NCBI GenBank assembly: GCA_963725415.1
Contig: CAVRZY010000294.1
Location: forward strand, 1-28,891
Source: an uncultured Acidobacteriota bacterium
Lineage (GTDB): Bacteria; Acidobacteriota; Terriglobia; Bryobacterales; Bryobacteraceae
Direction of reading: 5' to 3'
Length of the DNA stretch: 28,891 bases
Shown here: in pieces, positions 8,350 to 16,895 of the stretch
Position numbering within the stretch: the first letter of the stretch is position 1
Layout: each line of letters opens with the position of its first letter
Position numbers and translations under genes: made by a program
The notes under the pieces: model-generated
What the model was told of the DNA's origin: nothing
Database searches by the model: none
The model's input: only the letters and a program-made list of their open reading frames with translations

Positions 8350-9996
8350 TCACTTCCGAACGAACCGGATGTTCTTGACCCGGCCCGCGTTCAGGCTCAT
8401 GCCTGCCACCTTGCCTTCGCGGTCACGGGCAAAGGCCACCGAAAGCCCGCGCACCCGGAAATGATCCCGCACCGTGGGCTGAAGAGCGACAGTCGGAGCA
8501 TTCTTGTGGCGGAAATACAGTTTCCCGCCCTCCAGCGCAACCCTGTAAGTCGCCTCCAGTTCCTCGCTGGAATACTCTCCGGCGTACTCTTCCAGCTCCT
8601 CGGGGCGCGGAGACACGAAATGCACTCTCTCGAAAACCTCTGGCCAGCTGCCTTCCACAGCCATCCGCAAACGCAAACCTCCGTCTGTCTTTTCGAAGGT
8701 CACATCAGTGGTCTTGGGACTATCGACCAGCCGGAACCGGGTCTGGTTCAGTGGCTCGAGTTGGCTGCGCTGGCCGGTATCGGTCATGATGAGCCTTCCG
8801 TTTTCCACCAGCAACTGCAGGGCGGCGCCGCTGGCCGCGTTCCAGTAAGTCCCCGTCTTCTCGCGAAGCTGCTCGATGGGCAGCTCCACCAAGGCCGGCT
8901 TCTGCGGGGTGTTCCCCGGCTCTGTGGCGAACTGATCCGCCAGATACAGGTCTGCAACCTGCCGGACCAGGCGGCTGGGACTTGCGCTGACCAGGTTGCA
9001 CAGGCAGATCACCGAAAACTTCTGATCCGGAAACCGGATCATGTCCGCCCGGTAGCCCGTCCAGGAACCTCCGTGGCTCACCGTGCGCAGACCCCTGTAG
9101 CGCCCTACTACCAGACCGCATGCGTAGTCCAGCGTCTCTCCACTGTTGAGGACGCCCGGCGTCGTAATCTGCCGGATCAGCTCCTCACCCCCAACCCGCG
9201 CCTGGTAAAAGTTCCGATCCCAAAGCAGCAGATCTTCGACCGAGGTGTGGACGCCCCCGTCGCCCACCATGTCCAGGTTGCTCATGGCGATCTGGAAACC
9301 GCCTATGAAGTTCCTCACGTAGCCCGTGGCGCGGTCCTTCACGATCATCGTGTGGTCGTCGTGGAAGTGCGTGTGTTCCATCCCGAGAGGCTTGAAGATG
9401 TTGGCCTGGGCGAAGGCCCGCAGCGACTCCCCGGAAGCTCTCCTGACTACTTGCGACAGCAGAAAGTACCCCGAGTTGCTGTACAGGTGCTCGTCGCCCG
9501 GTTTGAAATTCAACTCCTTCTGACGCCCCAGCATGCGCAGCACGTCTTCGTCTCTGTAGTAATCGTCCCGGCCCACCCCGGCCAAAAACGCCAGCGCCAG
9601 ATAGTCCCGTATGCCGCTGGTGTGATGAAGCAGGTGGCGAATCCGAATCGGGCTGCCATACTCGGGAATCTCCGGGACGTACTTGCGGATCCCATCTTCC
9701 AGCGAGAGTCTCCCCCGGCTGGCCAGCAGCAGGACGCTCATCGCCGTGAACTGCTTGGACATCGAGCCCACATCGAAAACGGTTTGCGGCGACAGCGGAA
9801 TGTTGTGTTCGAGGTTCGCCATCCCATAGCCGCGTTGATGGATCAACTTGCCGTCCCGGATCACCCCCAGCACGCAGCCCGGCGACTCGCGCGTGTCCCA
9901 GGCGCTGAACAGTCCATTCACTTTGTCCGTCAACGCGTCCGCAAACAACGCGGGACTGAGGGCGAACGCCAGAAGGACGGAGCCCAACGACCTCAT
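8350..9996 (-). CDS. secreted serine hydrolase, beta-lactamase/transpeptidase-like family (class C-type motifs) with C-terminal extra domain, 548 aa
   Basis: N-terminal signal peptide (MRSLGSVLLAFALSPALFA). Catalytic motifs SMSK (SxxK), YSN (YxN) and HGG. A ~130-aa C-terminal domain resembles DUF3471-type appendages of this family. Confidence 0.9.
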   Translation of the reverse strand: MRSLGSVLLAFALSPALFADALTDKVNGLFSAWDTRESPGCVLGVIRDGKLIHQRGYGMANLEHNIPLSPQTVFDVGSMSKQFTAMSVLLLASRGRLSLEDGIRKYVPEIPEYGSPIRIRHLLHHTSGIRDYLALAFLAGVGRDDYYRDEDVLRMLGRQKELNFKPGDEHLYSNSGYFLLSQVVRRASGESLRAFAQANIFKPLGMEHTHFHDDHTMIVKDRATGYVRNFIGGFQIAMSNLDMVGDGGVHTSVEDLLLWDRNFYQARVGGEELIRQITTPGVLNSGETLDYACGLVVGRYRGLRTVSHGGSWTGYRADMIRFPDQKFSVICLCNLVSASPSRLVRQVADLYLADQFATEPGNTPQKPALVELPIEQLREKTGTYWNAASGAALQLLVENGRLIMTDTGQRSQLEPLNQTRFRLVDSPKTTDVTFEKTDGGLRLRMAVEGSWPEVFERVHFVSPRPEELEEYAGEYSSEELEATYRVALEGGKLYFRHKNAPTVALQPTVRDHFRVRGLSVAFARDREGKVAGMSLNAGRVKNIRFVRK

Positions 9997-10028
9997 CTCA
10001 CGGATTATGGCAACCTCAGAGAATCAGC

Positions 10029-10088
10029 GCAATTCGGGGACAGGCGACGAATTTCGTCTTCCAAATTCGTTGCCTGTCCCCGAATTGC
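10029..10088. repeat. 26-bp near-perfect inverted repeat with 8-nt spacer, in the divergent promoter region between the two serine hydrolase genes
   Basis: Left arm gcaattcggggacaggcgacgaattt (10029-10054), spacer cgtcttcc, right arm aaattcgttgcctgtccccgaattgc (10063-10088). One mismatch in 26. Core cggggacagg...ttgcctgtccccg has the same 48-nt architecture as 350-397. Confidence 0.85.
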
Positions 10089-10190
10089 CTAGCAGGAAGA
10101 ACTTCTCCGGCGAAACTCGAACAATCCGGATCGGCAAAACCGCGAACTCAGAGCTGGCAGCAATCGTATAGGCTGGGGAAGGAGACAATT

Positions 10191-11981
10191 ATGCGCAGAT
10201 TCGCGGAAAGACACATAGGGCTGGTGGTGGTGTTCGCGGCGGCGGCGCTGGCGGGCCAGGGGCTTGCTCCGGCCAAACCGGCCCTGGAAGGATTCGACGC
10301 CTTCGTCTCCACAGCCCTGAAGGACTGGAAGGTGCCCGGGGTGGCGGTAGCCGTGGTTCAGGACGGCAAGGTCATCCTCTCGAAAGGCTATGGCTTCCGG
10401 GACGTGAAAAAGGAGGCGCCGGTCACCCCCAAGACGCTGTTTGCGATCGGCTCGATCACCAAGTCGTTCACCGTTACCTCGCTGGGAATCCTGGTCGATG
10501 AAGGCAAGCTGGATTGGGACAAGCCGGTGCGAGAATACATGCCAGGGTTCCGGCTCTACGATCAGGTGGCCACTGAGCGCATGACCCCCCGTGACCTCGT
10601 AACCCACCGCTCCGGCCTGCCGCGCCACGATTTACTGTGGTACAACTCGACCTTCTCGCGGAAGGAACTCTTCGAAAGGCTGCGCTATCTGGAGCCCAGC
10701 CGGGACTTCCGCAGCACTTACCAATACAACAACCTGATGTTCGTGACGGCGGGCTACCTGCTCGGGGAGCTCACCAGTTCCACCTGGGAAGACTTCGTGC
10801 GCCAGCGAATCTGGAACCGCATCGGGATGAAGGGGAGCAACTTCTCGGTGCGCGACTCCGAGAAAAGCGCCGACTTTGCGCTGCCTTACGTCAAGGTGAA
10901 AGAGGAGGTCAAAGAAGTCCCGTTCCGGGTGATAGACGACATCGGGCCGGCCGGGTCCATCAACTCGAATGTCGAGGACATGACCCGCTATCTGCTGATG
11001 CACATGAACAAGGGCAGGAGCGGGGAGACGCAGATCCTTTCGGAGAGCAACGTCCTCCAAATGCAGGCGCCGCAAATGGTGACGCCCGCCGGGCCGCTCC
11101 GCTGGAGCGAACTGGGGCATAGCAGCTACGGAATGGGGTGGGCCATTTCGGCTTACCGGGGCCACAAGCTGGTGAGCCACGGCGGCGCCATCGATGGCTT
11201 CGTCACCCTGGTCTCCTTCATGCCCCAGGACAAGATCGGGATGGTGATTCTCACCAACCTATCGGGAAGCCCTGTCTCGACAGTGCTCTCTTATAACCTC
11301 TTTGACCGCCTGCTGGGACTGGACCAGGTAGGCTGGTCCGAGCGGTTTCAGAAGGACCGGCAAGCCGGCGAAGCCTCCGAGCAGGAAGCCAAGAAGCAGG
11401 GCTTCACCACGCGCCGGGTCGGGACGCGGCCATCGCACGAGCTGAAAGAATACGCCGGAGAGTACGAGCATCCGGGTTACGGCATCGTGAAAGTCGCCCT
11501 CGACAGAGACGAGTTGAAGATGACCTACAACCGGATCACCGGCTCGCTGAAGCACTTTCATTACGACTACTTCGAGGTGGCGGAAGACCCGCTCATCCCC
11601 TTCCAGCGGATGAAGATCCACTTCGACACCGACGTCGAAGGCGAAATAGGCGGTGTCTCGATTCCACTGGAGACTAATGTCAAGGACATTGTGTTCACGC
11701 GGCGGCCGGAGACACTGGCCCGCAGCGTGCTTGCGACGCTGGCCGGGCAATACGAGCTGGCCGGCACGGCCATCACCATGTCCCTGCGCGAGGGGGAGAA
11801 GCTGTTCATCGAGGTGCCGGGGCAACAGACCCGCGAACTCGTCCCCGTGCGCGGCCTGCTGTTCCGCGTCAGCGGATTAAGCGGCTTCAGCGTGGAATTC
11901 AAGAAGGACGCCTCGGGCGCAACGACTGAGCTGATCCTCTACCAGCCTGGCGGGACGTTTGTCGTGAAAAGGAAGCCGTGA
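10191..11981 (+). CDS. secreted serine hydrolase, beta-lactamase/transpeptidase-like family, paralog of 8350-9996, 596 aa
   Basis: AGGAGA 6 nt before the ATG. Signal peptide (MRRFAERHIGLVVVFAAAALA). Motifs SITK, YQYNN and HGG, with a C-terminal DUF3471-like domain. Confidence 0.9.
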   Translation: MRRFAERHIGLVVVFAAAALAGQGLAPAKPALEGFDAFVSTALKDWKVPGVAVAVVQDGKVILSKGYGFRDVKKEAPVTPKTLFAIGSITKSFTVTSLGILVDEGKLDWDKPVREYMPGFRLYDQVATERMTPRDLVTHRSGLPRHDLLWYNSTFSRKELFERLRYLEPSRDFRSTYQYNNLMFVTAGYLLGELTSSTWEDFVRQRIWNRIGMKGSNFSVRDSEKSADFALPYVKVKEEVKEVPFRVIDDIGPAGSINSNVEDMTRYLLMHMNKGRSGETQILSESNVLQMQAPQMVTPAGPLRWSELGHSSYGMGWAISAYRGHKLVSHGGAIDGFVTLVSFMPQDKIGMVILTNLSGSPVSTVLSYNLFDRLLGLDQVGWSERFQKDRQAGEASEQEAKKQGFTTRRVGTRPSHELKEYAGEYEHPGYGIVKVALDRDELKMTYNRITGSLKHFHYDYFEVAEDPLIPFQRMKIHFDTDVEGEIGGVSIPLETNVKDIVFTRRPETLARSVLATLAGQYELAGTAITMSLREGEKLFIEVPGQQTRELVPVRGLLFRVSGLSGFSVEFKKDASGATTELILYQPGGTFVVKRKP

Positions 11982-12268
11982 CGGGTCCCCAAGCCAACGA
12001 CGAACCGGTACGAATCCCGATCACCGACGTCTTCGATCTGCACAGCGTCCCGCCCAAAGAGGTCAAGCCGGTGGTCGAAGCTTATCTGGAGGAGGCGCAC
12101 AGGATGGGGTTCACGGCGCTCCGCATCATCCATGGCCGGGGTATCGGCGTCGAGCGTGAGATCGTGCGGGCGGTGCTGGCGCGCACTCCCTTCGTGGTCT
12201 CTTTCAGCGACGCCCCGGCCGAGGCAGGCGGCTGGGGCGCCACCATCGTTACTCTGCGACAGGGGTAG
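11978..12268 (+). CDS. Smr domain protein, 96 aa
   Basis: DLHSVPPKEVKPVVEAYLEEAHRMGFTALRIIHGRGIGVEREIVRAVLARTPFVVSFSDAPAEAGGWGATIV shows the Smr pattern (DLHG-like start, IIHGkG-G-Lr, GG-GAT-V end). Its GTG start overlaps the stop of the upstream hydrolase (GTGA at 11978-11981). Confidence 0.8.
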   Translation: MTGPQANDEPVRIPITDVFDLHSVPPKEVKPVVEAYLEEAHRMGFTALRIIHGRGIGVEREIVRAVLARTPFVVSFSDAPAEAGGWGATIVTLRQG

Positions 12269-12284
12269 AATCGTTTCTGCTGAT

Positions 12285-13319
12285 ATGACCACAACCCAAG
12301 TGCTCGCAATCCTGGTTCTGCTGATTTCGCCGCGGCTGCCCGCGCAAGACCAGCCGCAGATGGTCTGGGAGGGGCAGGTCGATGGCATCAGCGTACTCCG
12401 CGTTCACGGCAACCGCATCGATATCGAAGACCGTGAAGGCCTGCCCGTCCAGCGCCAGCGTTTCCGCTTCTTCGAGCGCCTGCCGGAGAGCCGCCAGATC
12501 GTGCGCCTGGAGGTCCTCGAAGGACGCGGCCCCGTCCACATCCTCGAGCAGCCGCGCCTGGAGAACAACTACACGCTGGCCGTGGCTATCGAAGATCGGC
12601 AGAGTGGTGGCTCGTTTTACTCGCTGGCCTTCTACTGGGAATCCGGGCGCGGCTTCTTGCGGCCTTCCGAACCCGGTCCCTCCTCCAGTTCCGACCGCAA
12701 CGAAGGTCTGACCTGGAGTGGCCGCGTGGATGGCGAGGCCATCGTGAGCTGCCGCGGAGATTCCTGCGAGGCCGAGGCGACTCGGGGTGCGCCCGTGACC
12801 CGCGACCGCTTCCGTTTCTCGCGGCCCCTGCCGGCCCGCGATACCCTCGTCAGCCTGGACCGCAGCGAGGGCCGCGGCGAGATCCGGCTCATCCAGCAGC
12901 CCCGCGAGGAAAACGGATACACGGCGCGCGTCCTCATCCGCGACCCGCAGGGCGGCGGCGCCGACTATTCTTTTTCGCTGGCCTGGGCGCGACCGCCGCG
13001 CGACGATTCGGGTTTCGCCTTCGCCCGGCGCGGCCTCCTCTGGTCCGGCCGCGTGGACGGGCGCGTGCGCGTGATCGTTGAAGGGAACAGCGCCCGGGTC
13101 GAGGTACTCAGCGGCGCGCGTGTGGTTTCGGAAAGAGCGGATTTCACCCGGCCGCTTCCAGCCCGCAACAATCCCAACGCTACCATTCGCCGCCTGCGCG
13201 GGCGCGGGCGCGTCGAGATTGTCGAGTACCCCTCCAGCCGCAACCGCTACCGACTGGTGTTCGAGATCAACGACACCTCCGGCAGCGTGGATGACTACGA
13301 AGTCGAAGTCGGCTGGTGA
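12285..13319 (+). CDS. secreted protein composed of three tandem ~105-110-aa internal repeats, unknown function, 344 aa
   Basis: ATG at 12285 gives the signal-peptide-like MTTTQVLAILVLLISPRLPAQDQ. The extension back to 12132 in the ORF track overlaps the Smr gene and looks spurious. Three repeats share W-x-G-x-VDG...G...V...RF-F-R-LP...V-L...GRG-V-I-QP...N-Y...V-I-D...GG...Y-F-L-W. Confidence 0.7.
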   Translation: MTTTQVLAILVLLISPRLPAQDQPQMVWEGQVDGISVLRVHGNRIDIEDREGLPVQRQRFRFFERLPESRQIVRLEVLEGRGPVHILEQPRLENNYTLAVAIEDRQSGGSFYSLAFYWESGRGFLRPSEPGPSSSSDRNEGLTWSGRVDGEAIVSCRGDSCEAEATRGAPVTRDRFRFSRPLPARDTLVSLDRSEGRGEIRLIQQPREENGYTARVLIRDPQGGGADYSFSLAWARPPRDDSGFAFARRGLLWSGRVDGRVRVIVEGNSARVEVLSGARVVSERADFTRPLPARNNPNATIRRLRGRGRVEIVEYPSSRNRYRLVFEINDTSGSVDDYEVEVGW

Positions 13320-13321
13320 AC

Positions 13322-14465
13322 TTACGCCTCCCGGAACTTGAACACCGCTTGGCGAATCGGCGTTCCCAGCACTTCAATGCGCCTGAGGTCGCGCGTGCCC
13401 AGCCCCGCCTCTTCGGCTAGCCGCAGTGTGCTGTCGCAGCGCTCGAAAGGCGCCGTGCCGCGATCCGCCATGGGGTCGAATCCCATGAGCGCCGTCGAGA
13501 CGGCATCCGTGGTCACGCAGTTGGTTCCGATCACCAGCACTCCGGGGCTGGCCGGCCGAATCCGCGGAAGCCAGGGTCCTTCGCCCCCGGCCATGGTCTC
13601 GATGCCGTCGATGATGGCCAGATGAATTGGCCGCGCCGCCACCAGGTCCACGATGATCCGCGGGAGGCGATAGCCATCCTGTCGCGGTGATTTGGGATCG
13701 TTTTCCACGATCCCGGCGGGCTGCCGGTGACCACGATGCAACATGTCCCGTCCGCCTCGTGGGAAACTCGCTCGGCTCCTTCTCCCCGGCGCCATCTCCG
13801 TAGATGGTGCAGGGTGTGTTCCCGAAGCAGTTTTTTATCGACAGCGTGACGCCCGTGTTGCCGTGCTCCTTGAGCTTGGCTAGCGAAACGAACACATCGC
13901 AGTCCTCGTAGGAGTGGTTCAGATAGTAAGTCTTGAAGATGTAGCCGCCGCCCGGAACGGGAAACTGGGAGTATTCCCTGCCCCGCCCCAGGTAGTTGGT
14001 ATTCTCGAATTCCACCCGCCGCGCCGCGCTCAAGATCTCCTGCGGGTCCCAACCGGCCTGGAGAATGTACTCCTCGACCGGCTCTGCGGTGGACCACGGA
14101 CTCTCCAGCAGCCGGATGCGCTCGGCGCCCGCCTTCCCCATCAGGTGCGCCGTGGCAGCGATCAGGCGCGGATGCGGCCACTGGGCCAGCTCGGCCGGCC
14201 GGTGCCCCATCCGGTACCAGGGGCTGCCAGTGAGGTTCAGTTTGACTGCGACCGTCTTCCCCTTCACCAGACGGCCCAGCCCGCCCAACTGGTCGAACAT
14301 GCGCTCCAGCGTGGGCAGCAGTTCGGCGCCGTAGGTCTTGCATTTGGCCACTGCTACCGGTGCGGTCGGCGCTTGTGCAGCACGGCCCGCCGGTGGCACC
14401 CACAGGCTGGCTGCCGTCACTCCAAACCCTGAGAGCCACTGTCTGCGAGTGATGTCCTTCTGCAT
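13322..14465 (-). CDS. DUF362 domain protein with twin-arginine (Tat) signal; apparent 1-nt frameshift near 13735-13745 splits it between two frames
   Basis: N-terminal MQKDITRRQWLSGFGVTAASL is a Tat signal. DUF362 hallmarks present (KTVAVKLNL, GVTLSIKNCFG, GDGAGEKEP, RTGHV). Main frame degenerates after ...RTGHVA. The expected continuation HRGHRQPAGIVENDPKSPRQDGYRLPRIIVDLVAARPIHLAIIDGIETMAGGEGPW...IEVLGTPIRQAVFKF lies in the +1 frame (ORF 13322-13795). Confidence 0.75.
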
Positions 14466-14468
14466 TCT

Positions 14469-15851
14469 CTACTTCTCCAGTTCTATGGCCGCGTACACCG
14501 CAAACGGCGGCAGATGGATCTCGACTCCGCGGTCCACCGCTTCCACCCCCAGGGGCGCCGGGGCCTTGCTTTCCAGGGTCCACAACCGCGCCGCCCGGTA
14601 GCGCTCCGGGAACTTCACCGAAACCGGGTGTCCCGCTGGCCGCATCGAGTAGTTGACGATCTGCACCAGCGCCTTCTTGCGGTCCTCAGTGATGGTGTAG
14701 TAGGAGTTCATCGAGGCCGCGTTGAAGAATTGCAGCGGATTGTAGCGATGGCTTAACAACAGGTGCGCGTCCCGGGCGACCTCGTAAGGATCCTGGGTTT
14801 CCTCCTTGGCCACCGCCAGCCGCCCCTTCCCCAGCCGGCGGACCTGGTAACGCTTGTAGGGGTCGCCGTTCGCCGGCGTACCCTCCGTGGGCGGCCACTT
14901 CGACCCAACCACTAACAATCCTCCACCCTTCGCAAACGCCAGCAGCTTAGCCCGCAGCTCGGCGCTGGGAGGCTCTGGATCCGGATAAATGATGGCCTTC
15001 AAGCCCTCCCAGGAGGCGCTCTCCCACCGCCCTTTCTCGATGATGCGCGCGGCCAGAGGCCGGCGGGCCAGCAGGTTCAGGATCTCCCCGCTCAGGAATT
15101 CGTTTTCGCCCGAAAAATCGGAAATCACCGCCGCTACGCTGACCAGCCGAAGCTCCCTCCAATTCCGGTGAGCTTCGAAGAATTCGATTGCGCCGCTCAG
15201 CTTCTTCCAGGCATCGACGGCCTGGGAATCCTGCGTTACCAGCCCGGCCCGCTGGCGCTCTGCGAGCGAAATCACCCAGCGTGCCCCGTAGACTTCCGCA
15301 TCCGCCACGGCGAGGGCGTAAGAGTCAGAGCGCAGGAAGGCGTCTTTCTCGGACGGCTCGGCTACCACCCAGATTGTCTTTGAAGGCGCGCGCGCCCGCG
15401 CTAGTTGAACGAACCAGCCGTTGGAGTCGACCCACGGCATTCCAGTCGGTCCGGCGCCCGCTTCCTCGCGCAGCGGAATGCCCGGCCAAACACCCTCAGC
15501 GATGGCCAAGACCGGACCGGGTGCGGCCCAGGGAACCTGCGATCGCTCGGTCCACCAGATCACCGGGAACCCTCCCTGCACCTCGGCGTCGCTCGCCACG
15601 GCGGAAAAACCGGCTGCCTGTGCGCTGGCCACCGCCGCAGACCTGTCGGCGCCCGTGCCCACCAGCGCTACCAACGCCAGTCCTGCCGCCCGGGCCCGAT
15701 CCACCACCGGCCTGAGTCGTTGCCGCCCGGCAGGCTCGGCCCATTTGAGAATCAGACAATTGATCGGTGTCCCCTTCAGCAGGTCCAACAAGGCTGGCTC
15801 CTGCCACTCACCCGGCCAAAGAAAGGGAATCCAGTCGCTCATTCCGTCCAT
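14469..15851 (-). CDS. hypothetical protein (~460 aa), no family recognised
   Basis: Long ORF with coding-like composition. Probable start is the ATG at 15849-15851 (MDGMSDWIPFLWPGEW...). The ORF-track extension to 16319 overlaps the ccmH-like gene in another frame and is Arg/Gly-rich junk. Its stop abuts the start of the DUF362 gene on the same strand. Confidence 0.6.
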   Translation of the reverse strand: MDGMSDWIPFLWPGEWQEPALLDLLKGTPINCLILKWAEPAGRQRLRPVVDRARAAGLALVALVGTGADRSAAVASAQAAGFSAVASDAEVQGGFPVIWWTERSQVPWAAPGPVLAIAEGVWPGIPLREEAGAGPTGMPWVDSNGWFVQLARARAPSKTIWVVAEPSEKDAFLRSDSYALAVADAEVYGARWVISLAERQRAGLVTQDSQAVDAWKKLSGAIEFFEAHRNWRELRLVSVAAVISDFSGENEFLSGEILNLLARRPLAARIIEKGRWESASWEGLKAIIYPDPEPPSAELRAKLLAFAKGGGLLVVGSKWPPTEGTPANGDPYKRYQVRRLGKGRLAVAKEETQDPYEVARDAHLLLSHRYNPLQFFNAASMNSYYTITEDRKKALVQIVNYSMRPAGHPVSVKFPERYRAARLWTLESKAPAPLGVEAVDRGVEIHLPPFAVYAAIELEK

Positions 15852-15901
15852 ACGAAACTGCAAGGATAACACTGAAGTGCGGCGCCGCTCCCGGTCGCCC
15901 T

Positions 15902-16255
15902 TCATGGCGCGCGCCATCTGCGCAATATGTGGATCACAAACCAGACCCCGAGGATCACCACCAGCACCGGGACGACGCCCATGATCCACCAGGCAGTGCC
16001 CTCGGGTTCGACCAGAACACGCTTGCCGTACCGCCGCTTGTAGTGGTCCAGGATTTGGCGATCCGATTTGCCTTGCGCGACCATAGCTCGAAGCTCGGCT
16101 CTCATAGCGACCGCGGTTTCGCTCATATGGCGAGCCAGAGTCTCCTGGTAGCAGCACGGCGCCAGCAAGGAATTCTCCAGTCGCGAGATCCTGGCCTGCT
16201 GTTCGGTTGGGTCGCCAGTGATCAGAATCAAAAGGACGAGAAACAGGCAAGGCAT
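15902..16255 (-). CDS. CcmH/NrfF-family (cytochrome c-type biogenesis, thiol-disulfide) protein homolog, 117 aa, with CC instead of the canonical CXXC
   Basis: From the ATG at 16253-16255: signal peptide MPCLFLVLLILITG, then EQQARISRLENSLLAPCCYQETLARHMSETAVAMRAELRAMVAQGKSDRQILDHYKRRYGKRVLVEPE plus a C-terminal TM helix. This aligns along its length with E. coli CcmH N-domain (EQRFRQLTEELRCPKCQNQSLADSNAPLAVDMRHQVYSMVAEGKSEVEIIGWMTERYGDFVRYNPP, from memory). Confidence 0.8.
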   Translation of the reverse strand: MPCLFLVLLILITGDPTEQQARISRLENSLLAPCCYQETLARHMSETAVAMRAELRAMVAQGKSDRQILDHYKRRYGKRVLVEPEGTAWWIMGVVPVLVVILGVWFVIHILRRWRAP

Positions 16256-16436
16256 TCCCGGTTCCCTCGAAGTACTGTAGCAGCTTGAAGAGTGAGCGAG
16301 CCTGGTCGGCGTGACGCAATCGTAGTTGGATGGCACGGGCTATGGGGCCAAGTCTAAGCCCAGCAAGGGATTATGGACGCAGGCCGACTCAGTGGCCGGA
16401 AGCGGCGGGGGGCAGGGTGAAGAAGGCGCTTTTTTC

Positions 16437-16477
16437 TTGACTTGTGCTAGATTACTAGTACACTATATCTATAGATG
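16437..16477 (+). promoter_or_regulatory. putative promoter and operator of the ytrA-like operon: TTGACT (-35), 16-bp spacer, TACACT (-10), and the 10-bp perfect palindrome ATCTATAGAT overlapping the start codon
   Basis: ttgact at 16437-16442, tacact at 16459-16464, atctatagat at 16467-16476, ATG at 16475-16477. No Shine-Dalgarno before the first ATG, so a leaderless or very short-leader transcript is possible. Confidence 0.4.
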
Positions 16478-16891
16478 ATTGGAAGGATGCCAAGCGCCGC
16501 TGAGCCATTCCAGTTCCGGCTGGATCTGCGGAGTGGGGTACCGGCCTACCGCCAGATCATCGATCAGGTCCTGGTGGGGATCGCCTCCGGCGCCCTGAAA
16601 GGGGGAGAGCAACTGCCAACGGTCCGCCAGGCGGCCGTGGACCTGTCGATCAACCCGAACACCGTGATGCGGGCCTATCGGGAACTGGAGATCCGGGGCA
16701 TCCTCACCACCCAGCAGGGCACCGGCACCTTCATCACGCCCACCGAGGTGAAACCGGACGAGGCCGAGCGGCAGCGCCGGCTGAGCGTGCTGGCGGGCGA
16801 GTTTGCGGCACGGGCCGCTACCGAGGGATTCCAGCTTCAGGAAGTCATCGATCGATTGAACGAACTCATACCAGAACAAGAGAGGAGATAA
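16475..16891 (+). CDS. GntR-family transcriptional regulator, YtrA subfamily (short C-terminal domain), 138 aa
   Basis: Winged-helix signature FQFRLDLRSGVPAYRQIIDQVLVGIASGALKGGEQLPTVRQAAVDLSINPNTVMRAYRELEIRGILTTQQGTGTFI. Only ~60 aa follow it, which is the YtrA-type architecture. Confidence 0.9.
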   Translation: MIGRMPSAAEPFQFRLDLRSGVPAYRQIIDQVLVGIASGALKGGEQLPTVRQAAVDLSINPNTVMRAYRELEIRGILTTQQGTGTFITPTEVKPDEAERQRRLSVLAGEFAARAATEGFQLQEVIDRLNELIPEQERR

Positions 16892-16895
16892 GGCC

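Noticed and set aside
8095-10092. 665-aa plus-strand ORF spanning the end of kinase 2 and the first serine hydrolase
   Set aside because: Entirely antisense to two well-supported genes. Composition-driven open frame with no domain signature.
13531-14583. 350-aa minus-strand ORF overlapping the DUF362 gene in a third frame
   Set aside because: Arg/Gly-rich junk frame. The DUF362 homology lies in the other two frames.
16458-16463. ACTAGT/CTAG short palindromes upstream of the YtrA-like gene as additional operator sites
   Set aside because: 4-6-bp palindromes are expected by chance. Only the 10-bp ATCTATAGAT is long enough to be meaningful.
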